DNA of 64,000 bases, taken from Oligoflexia bacterium. GTDB lineage: Bacteria; Bdellovibrionota; UBA1018. The stretch spans positions 1,312,001 to 1,376,000 of the forward strand of contig CAVWVI010000003.1 in assembly GCA_963758495.1 (NCBI GenBank), read 5' to 3'. The notes beneath the pieces were generated by a model. It worked only from the letters and a program-made list of their open reading frames with translations. It had not been told where the DNA came from and searched no databases. This document shows positions 8,354 to 16,337 of the stretch, piece by piece. Within the stretch, counting starts at the first letter, position 1. The number at the start of each line of letters is the position of its first letter. The position numbers and the translations under genes were made by a program.

Positions 8354-10975
8354 TTAACGGACAGTAAACTCATGTCCGGATTCTACTGTTCCTTCGGGTG
8401 GAATCAGAATACTTTGCTCTGCCGGTGCCACGACTTGTAAACCCAGCTTCTGCAATTGCTTAGATGAGAGTCTTAGAATATATTTTCCGGGTCTGATATC
8501 AGGCATAGAGAAAATACCATCCGTGCCAGATTTTACCTGGCTTACGATTTCGCCTTTTAAATTAATAAGTTCAACTTCTACTCCTCTTCTACCACTCGCT
8601 TGCGCTTTTCCATTTTGCTTCCATACAATCCCCTCAATCAGTCCAGTATAAATAACAGGAAAATCAAAATGAGTAACTATTCCTGGACGAGGAATGACTT
8701 TCAAGCCTTTTAGAGAGGATTTTAAAAAGGGGTCGTCAAAAGCATCTTCTGCAATTGTAAATTCTACCGGTTGATAGGGTGGAAGCTGAGGCAGAAATAA
8801 AGCACCTTTTTCATCTGTAAAGCCTGCTGTATTATTATTCTTCAGAATTTTAACTTTCGGCATAGGCTTATCTGTTGAATCAAATTGACCACTTAAGTTT
8901 TGATCAATAAAGGTACTCACAGAAACCGCTCCAAAATCTGCCATTGGCCTAGAATCCAAGTGCCAGTTTTCTTTATGCGGGTCTCTTGCTAAATTCAGGG
9001 TCAGTAAAAAATTGATGGAATTCTGTCCGTTACTTGCCCAAACAAGATTTGTACTCAACTTGACGTTCTGAAAGTCTCTCGTCAAAGTACCTGAAGCATC
9101 GTAATCATTTGTAGCAAGAAGCTGTCGAGTGGTAAGACCCAGAACATAGAGATCCTTATGGAAGGGAAGCTGAAGCTGCTCACTCAAAGTCTGGATACCC
9201 GTAAATCCGTATTGAATATCAAATTTAAGATACTTCCCAAAAAAAGAGTATTTCAGCTCCAATGTTCCTTGGTAACTGGATGTTGGAAAACCATTAGAAG
9301 CTTGATAATCATATTCCGCTTGATGCTGAAGAGAATAACTATTGAACTGACTCGATAGCTGGCTCTTGAACGCGTAATCTATTACTCCATTGAGGTGCAA
9401 ATCTCTCGTCAAATCCAGATTAATAGAGATCGAAGGCAATGTGGGAATCACAAAACCAAGCAGCCCTTCGAGTCTTTCAGTCAATTGCTCGTTATTTACA
9501 TTAAACGCTTCACTGGAGAAGTTATTGAGTAGCGTATAAGTCACACCTAGATTTACCCTATTCAAAGGAATCTGGGTATTGAGTTGAAAGCCTGTTCCAC
9601 CCTTACTATTATCATAGGCAGATACAGCACTCAAAAGAAGACGATCGACATATCCCGTTAATTTTAAATACGCATAAGAATCCGATGTACGATTCCCTTG
9701 AGTTGAGAGTTGATCGAGTGCTACTGCGGCAGTCATGTTTTTAAATATACTTTTCTCATATTGAAGGAGATATCCGATATTAGAATCCTTAGATTGCACA
9801 AGGGCTACTCGATAATCTTGCGTTCCAGGACGAATCAGAGAGGAGTCCACTTTATAAATTTGGTACTCATCTCGAAGCTGCCCTTGTGGACCATAAAAAC
9901 TCAAACGAAAGCGATTGATTCCATACTGGAGAGGAATACTAGTAAAGGTATAACGTAATGTTGAATCCGAACTTTGCTGCGCAATCAAGGTGTCATTTCG
10001 GTATAATTCTACTTGCCACCCAGGTGGGAGATCCCCCTGAAAATCTTGCTGTGAATATTTAGTGGGTGCGAGGAGTGGATAAGAAGAGGCATAGACCCCT
10101 GTTGTGAGCTTTGAAACACTAATTAAATCTAATGCAGGTAAAACAACATTAAAGAACTGATACTCATCCGCATGAAGCGGTCCTAATAGTTCACTATCCG
10201 GATCCTTCTTAGAAAAAGTCAACCGCCATGTTTCTATATTATAAGTTTCGGTAGAACCATAAAGAACGGAAGTCACGTCCACTCCTAATAATTGTCCAGC
10301 TACTTTGGTATTTGAGGCACCCACTTGTAAAGCTTTCGAGCCTTCATAAGTCAGCTGTTCATCTAAAAAAAAGCCATCTGCCACAACTGAGCGATTGGGA
10401 ACTAAAGGGTAGCCATGGTCTACTAACTCGCCCCCTTGTCCTATAAAGGCCCCTCGACGCAATCTATCTCTCCTGAGTTGAAACGGTAATTCTTCACGAG
10501 TGGTAAACACGATAGTAGACGTAGGCGAATTCACTGTGAATTTGATAGGGAACCATTGCTGAATTAAATTACTATTCACATAAATGTCGTCGTTATAGAC
10601 CACCACTTGGGAGCAATCAAATTTTTCAGTGGTCCCATCATGTTCTACTTTGCACTCGCTTAAGTTCAGATTAAATTTTCGTTTTTCAGAAATGACAAAG
10701 CCATTAGCCACCCCTAAGGTGGCAGAAACCTCTACTGCAATATCTAATTTTTCACATAAATCGCCCAAGGGCATTAACCACTGAAGATTGGGTAAAGGAT
10801 AAATCACAAAAGCTTCGCTCAGGACGGTCCGATCCCATGCTTGCAATTCCATAATTCGTTCCGTCATGGGATTGATATCAATACGAGCTTCCACCGAAAG
10901 CGAAAAGAGGAAAAGGGGCATTATGGAGGAAAAACACCGGAAAGCAAGGTTAAGAAAAGATTCTCTTGGCTTCAA
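8354..10975 (-). CDS. Outer-membrane usher-like protein with C-terminal carboxypeptidase-regulatory/Cna-B-like domains
   Basis: GDLPPGWQVELYRND...LQYGINRFRLSFYGPQGQ usher-plug-like segment, beta-strand-rich middle, operon context. Confidence 0.7.
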   Translation of the reverse strand: MKPRESFLNLAFRCFSSIMPLFLFSLSVEARIDINPMTERIMELQAWDRTVLSEAFVIYPLPNLQWLMPLGDLCEKLDIAVEVSATLGVANGFVISEKRKFNLNLSECKVEHDGTTEKFDCSQVVVYNDDIYVNSNLIQQWFPIKFTVNSPTSTIVFTTREELPFQLRRDRLRRGAFIGQGGELVDHGYPLVPNRSVVADGFFLDEQLTYEGSKALQVGASNTKVAGQLLGVDVTSVLYGSTETYNIETWRLTFSKKDPDSELLGPLHADEYQFFNVVLPALDLISVSKLTTGVYASSYPLLAPTKYSQQDFQGDLPPGWQVELYRNDTLIAQQSSDSTLRYTFTSIPLQYGINRFRLSFYGPQGQLRDEYQIYKVDSSLIRPGTQDYRVALVQSKDSNIGYLLQYEKSIFKNMTAAVALDQLSTQGNRTSDSYAYLKLTGYVDRLLLSAVSAYDNSKGGTGFQLNTQIPLNRVNLGVTYTLLNNFSSEAFNVNNEQLTERLEGLLGFVIPTLPSISINLDLTRDLHLNGVIDYAFKSQLSSQFNSYSLQHQAEYDYQASNGFPTSSYQGTLELKYSFFGKYLKFDIQYGFTGIQTLSEQLQLPFHKDLYVLGLTTRQLLATNDYDASGTLTRDFQNVKLSTNLVWASNGQNSINFLLTLNLARDPHKENWHLDSRPMADFGAVSVSTFIDQNLSGQFDSTDKPMPKVKILKNNNTAGFTDEKGALFLPQLPPYQPVEFTIAEDAFDDPFLKSSLKGLKVIPRPGIVTHFDFPVIYTGLIEGIVWKQNGKAQASGRRGVEVELINLKGEIVSQVKSGTDGIFSMPDIRPGKYILRLSSKQLQKLGLQVVAPAEQSILIPPEGTVESGHEFTVR

Positions 10976-10990
10976 TGAATTAAAATTCCG

Positions 10991-11845
10991 TTATAAAATT
11001 GGAACAGTTATTTCCGCCATTTGACTTTCGCCTCCCCCTTCGCTTTCTTCTTTAGGTTCTGTATAAGTCAATCGAAGGGTTCCGTTTTTTAACTGCGTAT
11101 TTTTAGGAACCTCCAAAGGCATTCGAACTGACCGCTGATAATTATAATTGGAAATACCAATCAGTTTACCCAAAGGGATCGCTTCTTTACTCCCGAAGGG
11201 AGTAAAGAAAACATTAAACGTACCCCAGGGGTAGCCATTTCCTGAATTGGATAGATCTACTGTTATTTCTGGTTCGAGCTTCTCCGAATAAACTAACTTT
11301 AGATTTGAAAGGGAAACCTTGAATTCAATTTTACCATGTTTGACGACAATGGGAATAGCCACCGCGACTAGCGTAGTGATTGCAACTGCCACCTTTTTAC
11401 TGTCCTTTCCAGGCGTCGACGCAGCGTCAATCGGAGTATCCGCGGTGAGAGGTGCAAAATTTAAGTGAATCCTGTATTCACCCTCAGGCAGATCCTTGGG
11501 GAGATAACTGAGCACTTTGAACACCTGCAAGACCCCGGGTTGAAGGGTAATTTCTCGTGGCGAAAAATGAACTAGTTTTTCGGCGGATCGTTCCGAGGGG
11601 GCTGGGGTTTTTACCGCTTTCAACGTGCCATTAGGTAGCATACTGAAAAATACGGGTGTTATTTGATAAGTGGTGGTGGTTGTTCCAGTATGCGTCAATG
11701 TAAGTTGCGCTACACGATGTTTATCTGTTAAAACAACTCGAGTAGGAAAAACCTGAAGAGAAGCGAAGACTGACCTAGACAAAGGGGATCCTATACTCAG
11801 TAAAAGTAGGATCTGAATTCTAATGAACGCTTTTTTGTAAAACAT
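10991..11845 (-). CDS. PapD-like fimbrial chaperone
   Basis: Signal peptide; VFPTRVVL, FSPREITLQPG, LPEGEYRIHL and SNSGN motifs; AGGAGGAG RBS. Confidence 0.78.
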   Translation of the reverse strand: MFYKKAFIRIQILLLLSIGSPLSRSVFASLQVFPTRVVLTDKHRVAQLTLTHTGTTTTTYQITPVFFSMLPNGTLKAVKTPAPSERSAEKLVHFSPREITLQPGVLQVFKVLSYLPKDLPEGEYRIHLNFAPLTADTPIDAASTPGKDSKKVAVAITTLVAVAIPIVVKHGKIEFKVSLSNLKLVYSEKLEPEITVDLSNSGNGYPWGTFNVFFTPFGSKEAIPLGKLIGISNYNYQRSVRMPLEVPKNTQLKNGTLRLTYTEPKEESEGGGESQMAEITVPIL

Positions 11846-12211
11846 GAAAACTCCTCCTGACTTGATCTCTCCTCAGCTTTCCCTGCTGAGCAATTTTTAC
11901 TTCTTCATTTGATACAAACAGTAAGACAAATCTTACATATATTTTTAATACTTTCATGTATTTTAAATACATTTTCTTTTAACCAAATCATTAGATCTGT
12001 ACTATTTTTAATAAGATATTATCCGTCACATTTTTGACAGTGACTTTAGACTGGCGCGTCAATTAAGACGTGCTAGATATTACATCTAGTATTTTGATGT
12101 TTTAATATTTATCATTATACACAATACACACACGCTATAGATCATGTGTTCACGAACGAGAACTACAGCCGCTGAAATTAAATAAAAATTAAGAACAAAA
12201 AAAGGACCGCT

Positions 12212-13585
12212 ATGAAACAGCCAAGGTTATCAAGGGCAAAATATTTTTTTCAACTGATTTTATTCACTGCCTTGAGTCATTCAAGTTCAGTCGCATACGC
12301 TGCAACTGCCGCCCAGATTATTTTTAGCACTCAACCAGGAGGAGGAGCTGCAGGATCTCCTTGGAAAACCCAACCCACGGTCACACTAAAGGATGCTCAT
12401 GGAAATACGATGACCGCAGACTACAGCACGAGGGTTACACTCTCTCTGAGTTCAGGATCAGGCGCCCTCAATGGACAGGTGACCAAAACGGTTACAAAAG
12501 GTGTGGTCGCTTTTTCTGGTTTAAGCATGGGTCTAAGTGGCTCAAAAAAACTCACGGCGACTTCTGGATTATTGACGGCAACGAGTCATTCTTTTTCGAT
12601 TAACCCTGGCTCGGCTTTTGAATTACATTTCACTACCCAACCTGGAACAGCTACTGCGGGATCTGCTTTGAGTACTCAACCTAGTATTGGGATCATGGAT
12701 AGCTATGGCAATACTGTGACTTCTGATTCCGCTACCCAGATTACACTTCTTCTAAACACCGGCAGTACAGGAACTCTCAATGGAACAACAGTACGAACAG
12801 TTTCTTCTGGTGTAGCGACTTTTTCGAAGCTGAGTATAGATTTGGCGGGTTCAAAATCTCTGTTAGCAAAATCTTCAAATTCCAGTTTAGGTTTCAGTAG
12901 TTCTAAAGTCTTTCAAATCACAACAAACCCATCTGCGATGCTTGCGTTTACAACCCAGCCACCTACCGGGCAAAGACCTGCAACTGTATGGACGACTTCC
13001 CCCGTAATTGCGATACAGGATGACAAAGGTAATACCATCACTTCTGATTCTACTACTCAGGTCACCCTTTCTCTCAGTTCTGGCCCAGGTACCCTCGGTG
13101 GAACCCTGATTCAGACCGCCTCCTCTGGCTTAGCCACGTTCCCTAACTTAAGCATCAATCAAGTTGGAATAAAACAGCTCACTGCCTCTTCCGGAAAATT
13201 AACTTCCGCATTAAGTAATTACTTCTCGATCGCAGAAGAAACCATAAGTGCTTCTACTTCAACTGTCAGTGCAAGTTCCAACTCCATCGTTGCCAATGGA
13301 ACAGAGACTGATACCATTACAGTCACTTTATTGAGTGCTCATCATAATCCGATCGTTGGACATACTGTCACTCTTTCATCAAGCCGAGGCTCCCTAGATA
13401 CCATTTCGACTCCGTCTGGAGTCAGCGACTCCAATGGAGTCGTTAGCTTCACAGTAAGCTCCTCCACCAAAAGCACAAGCCCGGTCACGTTTACCGCAAC
13501 AGACACTACCGCTTTAGTCCGACTCACTTCAGTTGCTCAAGTGAACTTTACACCCGAAGCTGGGATAAGGGTCACTCTCAATTGA
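12212..13585 (+). CDS. Secreted Ig-like repeat protein (invasin/Big_1-like C-terminal domain), possibly truncated
   Basis: Signal peptide; three ~105-aa FxTQP...DxxGN...GVAxF repeats, then ANGTETDTITVTL...SDSNGVVSFTV. Confidence 0.7.
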   Translation: MKQPRLSRAKYFFQLILFTALSHSSSVAYAATAAQIIFSTQPGGGAAGSPWKTQPTVTLKDAHGNTMTADYSTRVTLSLSSGSGALNGQVTKTVTKGVVAFSGLSMGLSGSKKLTATSGLLTATSHSFSINPGSAFELHFTTQPGTATAGSALSTQPSIGIMDSYGNTVTSDSATQITLLLNTGSTGTLNGTTVRTVSSGVATFSKLSIDLAGSKSLLAKSSNSSLGFSSSKVFQITTNPSAMLAFTTQPPTGQRPATVWTTSPVIAIQDDKGNTITSDSTTQVTLSLSSGPGTLGGTLIQTASSGLATFPNLSINQVGIKQLTASSGKLTSALSNYFSIAEETISASTSTVSASSNSIVANGTETDTITVTLLSAHHNPIVGHTVTLSSSRGSLDTISTPSGVSDSNGVVSFTVSSSTKSTSPVTFTATDTTALVRLTSVAQVNFTPEAGIRVTLN

Positions 13586-13590
13586 CGCAT

Positions 13591-13628
13591 TTGACAGACG
13601 CATATGAATCATGCATACTCATATGCAT
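13591..13628 (+). promoter_or_regulatory. sigma70-type promoter of vapBC with an overlapping palindromic operator
   Basis: TTGACA (13591-96), 17 nt, CATACT (13614-19); inverted repeat ATGCATA-ctca-TATGCAT at 13611-13628. Confidence 0.6.
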
Positions 13629-13821
13629 GAGAACGACTCTTAATTTAAAAGAAAACCTACTTAAAAAAGCTCAAGAAATGACGGGCATTCATGAAAAGAC
13701 TGCCCTGATTCATCGCGGATTAGAACTTTTAGTTCAGAAAGAAGCTGCTAAAAGGCTAATTCAATTGGGCGGCTCAGATCCAGATGCAAAGGTTCCACTG
13801 AGAAAGAAGCGCCTCCTTTGA
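13627..13821 (+). CDS. vapB: VapB antitoxin (DUF2191-like)
   Basis: MRTTLNL...EKTALIHRGLELLV...RLIQLGGSDP; overlaps the PIN gene by 4 nt. Confidence 0.82.
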   Translation: MRTTLNLKENLLKKAQEMTGIHEKTALIHRGLELLVQKEAAKRLIQLGGSDPDAKVPLRKKRLL

Positions 13822-14180
13822 ATATCATTGTGGACACGTCAGTTTGGATTGATCATCTGAAAAAACCCATAAAAGAACTTTCCGCCTATTTGGAAGAAGA
13901 AAGAGTCCTTTCACATTCTTGGATTATCGGAGAACTCGCTACCGGACAAATACGCAATCGTAATACTTTTATTGGAAATTTAAAATTACTCCCTCGTGCT
14001 AAAGAAGCGACCGTAGAAGAATTGTTAGATATCATTGAGGAGAAAGATCTTTACGGACAAGGATTGAGTCTTACAGATATACAAATTTTGGTGTCAGCTC
14101 TCCTATCAGATGCAGGGATTTTCACTCGTGATCGAGCGATGATCTCGATATCAAAAACTCTCAGAATCAAAGCTTACTGA
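13818..14180 (+). CDS. vapC: VapC PIN-domain toxin
   Basis: IIVDTSVWIDHL, GEL, DIQIL and TRD conserved acidic residues. Confidence 0.85.
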   Translation: MNIIVDTSVWIDHLKKPIKELSAYLEEERVLSHSWIIGELATGQIRNRNTFIGNLKLLPRAKEATVEELLDIIEEKDLYGQGLSLTDIQILVSALLSDAGIFTRDRAMISISKTLRIKAY

Positions 14181-16189
14181 GAGTGATCGTGAACAGTTTT
14201 TCGAATCACTTCTAGGTCTGAATCAGGTTCATTCAGCTCTAAGTACTTTTTCCAATTCACAACCATCCCATGAATGGCTTCCGGTTCAAATGCGGAAAGC
14301 CGGAGATACGCATTCCCTAAGTTTTTGTAGAGGGTTGCAGGGGGGAATGGGTGTCGTTCTAATAAATTTTGTAGAATTCGAACAGAAGCATTCAGCGCCT
14401 TTGGATTTTCAGTCTGTATCCCATAGGATAGAAGTTTTCGACCTCTGCGATGCTCTGCTTCCCAGTATTCGTCCCTAATCGTAAGCTCCCAGGTGGTCAA
14501 CTCAGTTTTTGGCAATGAGTTAAAATCAATGCTCGCATTGAGCTGATCTGTATCACGCAAATACTTCTCTAAATCAAATGGGACATCTTTTGGAAAATAC
14601 CAATTTACCAAGCCATACGGCCAACTATCAAAAGCTTCAACCCATTTTTGATCTTCGATCTTATCAATATTGCAGACGAAGAGAGGAAATTTTATTTTGT
14701 TCGCGCTGAGGAACTCACTCAAAGTAAAACCACCGGTCCCACTATTCACATAACGATAATAGAGGCCAGGAAACTCCACATCAGAAAAATGATCTTTGAT
14801 CTGTTCCCTCATCCAGGGGTAAGACATTAGCACACGATCTATAATCCGAACATCGGTGCGGAAATTTTCGGACTCCTGCAGATAACGAGTGGTATTTGTA
14901 TAGATATCCCCACTGGATAGAAAAAGAGCATTGGGGGGTAGTGACTTTAAAATGAATTTCCCAAAATTATAAAACAGATAGCTACGATGTTGATCTTGTG
15001 ATTGGTAATGAAAAAGGATACCCAGCAGCACCCCCCCTAAAGAAACACCGCTCATCCAAAAATGAGGCAATCTTATTTTTTTTACTAAAAATGAAAACCC
15101 AATTCCAACCCAAATAAAGATAAACAGATTCCCCAACTGCCAGAAACGCTCATAAATTCCCGTATAAAAAGATTTTTCCACTGGAAAATTTGCGAGCGCA
15201 TGAAACACAATGAGATATAAAGTAAAACAAGAAAGGGTGAGACCTACAAAACCACGCATCCGTTCAGACCGAAGTCCCTGAACTATTCCATAAATTGCAA
15301 ACATAAATCCAAAATACAAAGTCTCTTTGGGAATCTGGAAAAAATAAAAACTCAATCCTTTGAAAAGATCCGTCTTTCCTTGTCCAAAACCAATGCTTCC
15401 CAGGCTGAATGAACCGTATTCCCTTCTCAGAATATGAGTGAAAAAACCACTCCAGCTCAGGAGATCACCCCACATGATTTTTGGATGCCGTAGTGCTGCT
15501 AGGGGGAGATAAAAGTAAAATAGGAGTCCAGCACAAAAACTGAGAAGGAACCTACCGAAAGTCTTTCTTTGAAGGAGATCTGAGTGCCCAATCCAAAGAA
15601 TCCACAGGACCATCGGTCCGCCCACAAATAAAATCGTGTGGTGATTGGAAAGACCTAGACCGAAAAATAAAACAGCTAAATAGGCATACCGCCGAATATT
15701 TGTTTGAGAATACCGAAGCGCCCAATAAATCATTATCGTACAGATTAAGTGATTCAACGGAAAGACCTCTGCTTGAACAGCGTAGGTCCAAACTAACGGT
15801 GAAAAAGCAAATAATCCTCCAGCCAAAAAGCCTGCCCAAGGATTTAAAGTGAGACTTGCAACGGTGAGAAGTAAGAAAATGGCTGCTCCAGTATCACATA
15901 CCGCAGACAGTAAGTTGACTCGCCACGCCGGACTCCCATAGGGTATCCAGGTAAAAGCCTTACCCAATAATGTAAACAATGGATAGCCAGGAGGATGAGC
16001 AATTCCTAATGTATGAGCCACTGCAATCAACTCCCCACTATCCCCCCCTGAAACATTGGGATAGAGGGTCATAATATAGACGCATAAAGTAAGCGCTCCC
16101 AAAACCCACGTCAGTTTTTTGACGAGAGGTCCATTTGGGCTCTGCTCAGATCTCAGCTCAACCTTGTTTTTCTGATATGATTTTCCCAC
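14174..16189 (-). CDS. DUF2723 / TMEM260-like membrane glycosyltransferase (GT-C)
   Basis: GGDSGEL...LGIAHPPGYPLF, AEVFPL, LSNHHT; multiple TM helices and a TPR-like C-terminus. Confidence 0.8.
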   Translation of the reverse strand: MGKSYQKNKVELRSEQSPNGPLVKKLTWVLGALTLCVYIMTLYPNVSGGDSGELIAVAHTLGIAHPPGYPLFTLLGKAFTWIPYGSPAWRVNLLSAVCDTGAAIFLLLTVASLTLNPWAGFLAGGLFAFSPLVWTYAVQAEVFPLNHLICTIMIYWALRYSQTNIRRYAYLAVLFFGLGLSNHHTILFVGGPMVLWILWIGHSDLLQRKTFGRFLLSFCAGLLFYFYLPLAALRHPKIMWGDLLSWSGFFTHILRREYGSFSLGSIGFGQGKTDLFKGLSFYFFQIPKETLYFGFMFAIYGIVQGLRSERMRGFVGLTLSCFTLYLIVFHALANFPVEKSFYTGIYERFWQLGNLFIFIWVGIGFSFLVKKIRLPHFWMSGVSLGGVLLGILFHYQSQDQHRSYLFYNFGKFILKSLPPNALFLSSGDIYTNTTRYLQESENFRTDVRIIDRVLMSYPWMREQIKDHFSDVEFPGLYYRYVNSGTGGFTLSEFLSANKIKFPLFVCNIDKIEDQKWVEAFDSWPYGLVNWYFPKDVPFDLEKYLRDTDQLNASIDFNSLPKTELTTWELTIRDEYWEAEHRRGRKLLSYGIQTENPKALNASVRILQNLLERHPFPPATLYKNLGNAYLRLSAFEPEAIHGMVVNWKKYLELNEPDSDLEVIRKTVHDHSQ

Positions 16190-16266
16190 TTATTTATTCT
16201 ACTTACTTATTCTATTTATTTATTCTACTTATTTGGCCTACTTATTTGGCCCACTTATTTATTTCT
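16188..16266. repeat. Degenerate low-complexity tandem repeat (acttatt/tatt units)
   Basis: acttatttattct acttacttattct atttatttattct acttatttggcct acttatttggccc acttatttatttc: six ~13-nt units. Confidence 0.7.
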
Positions 16267-16337
16267 TTATGAATGATAAGCTACTTTTCTTTTATGACAA
16301 AGTACGGATAGAATTTCTAGCCTGGGAGATTAAATTC

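Noticed and set aside
12052..12068. sigma54 promoter at TGGCGCG
   Set aside because: No GC at the -12 position with the required spacing.
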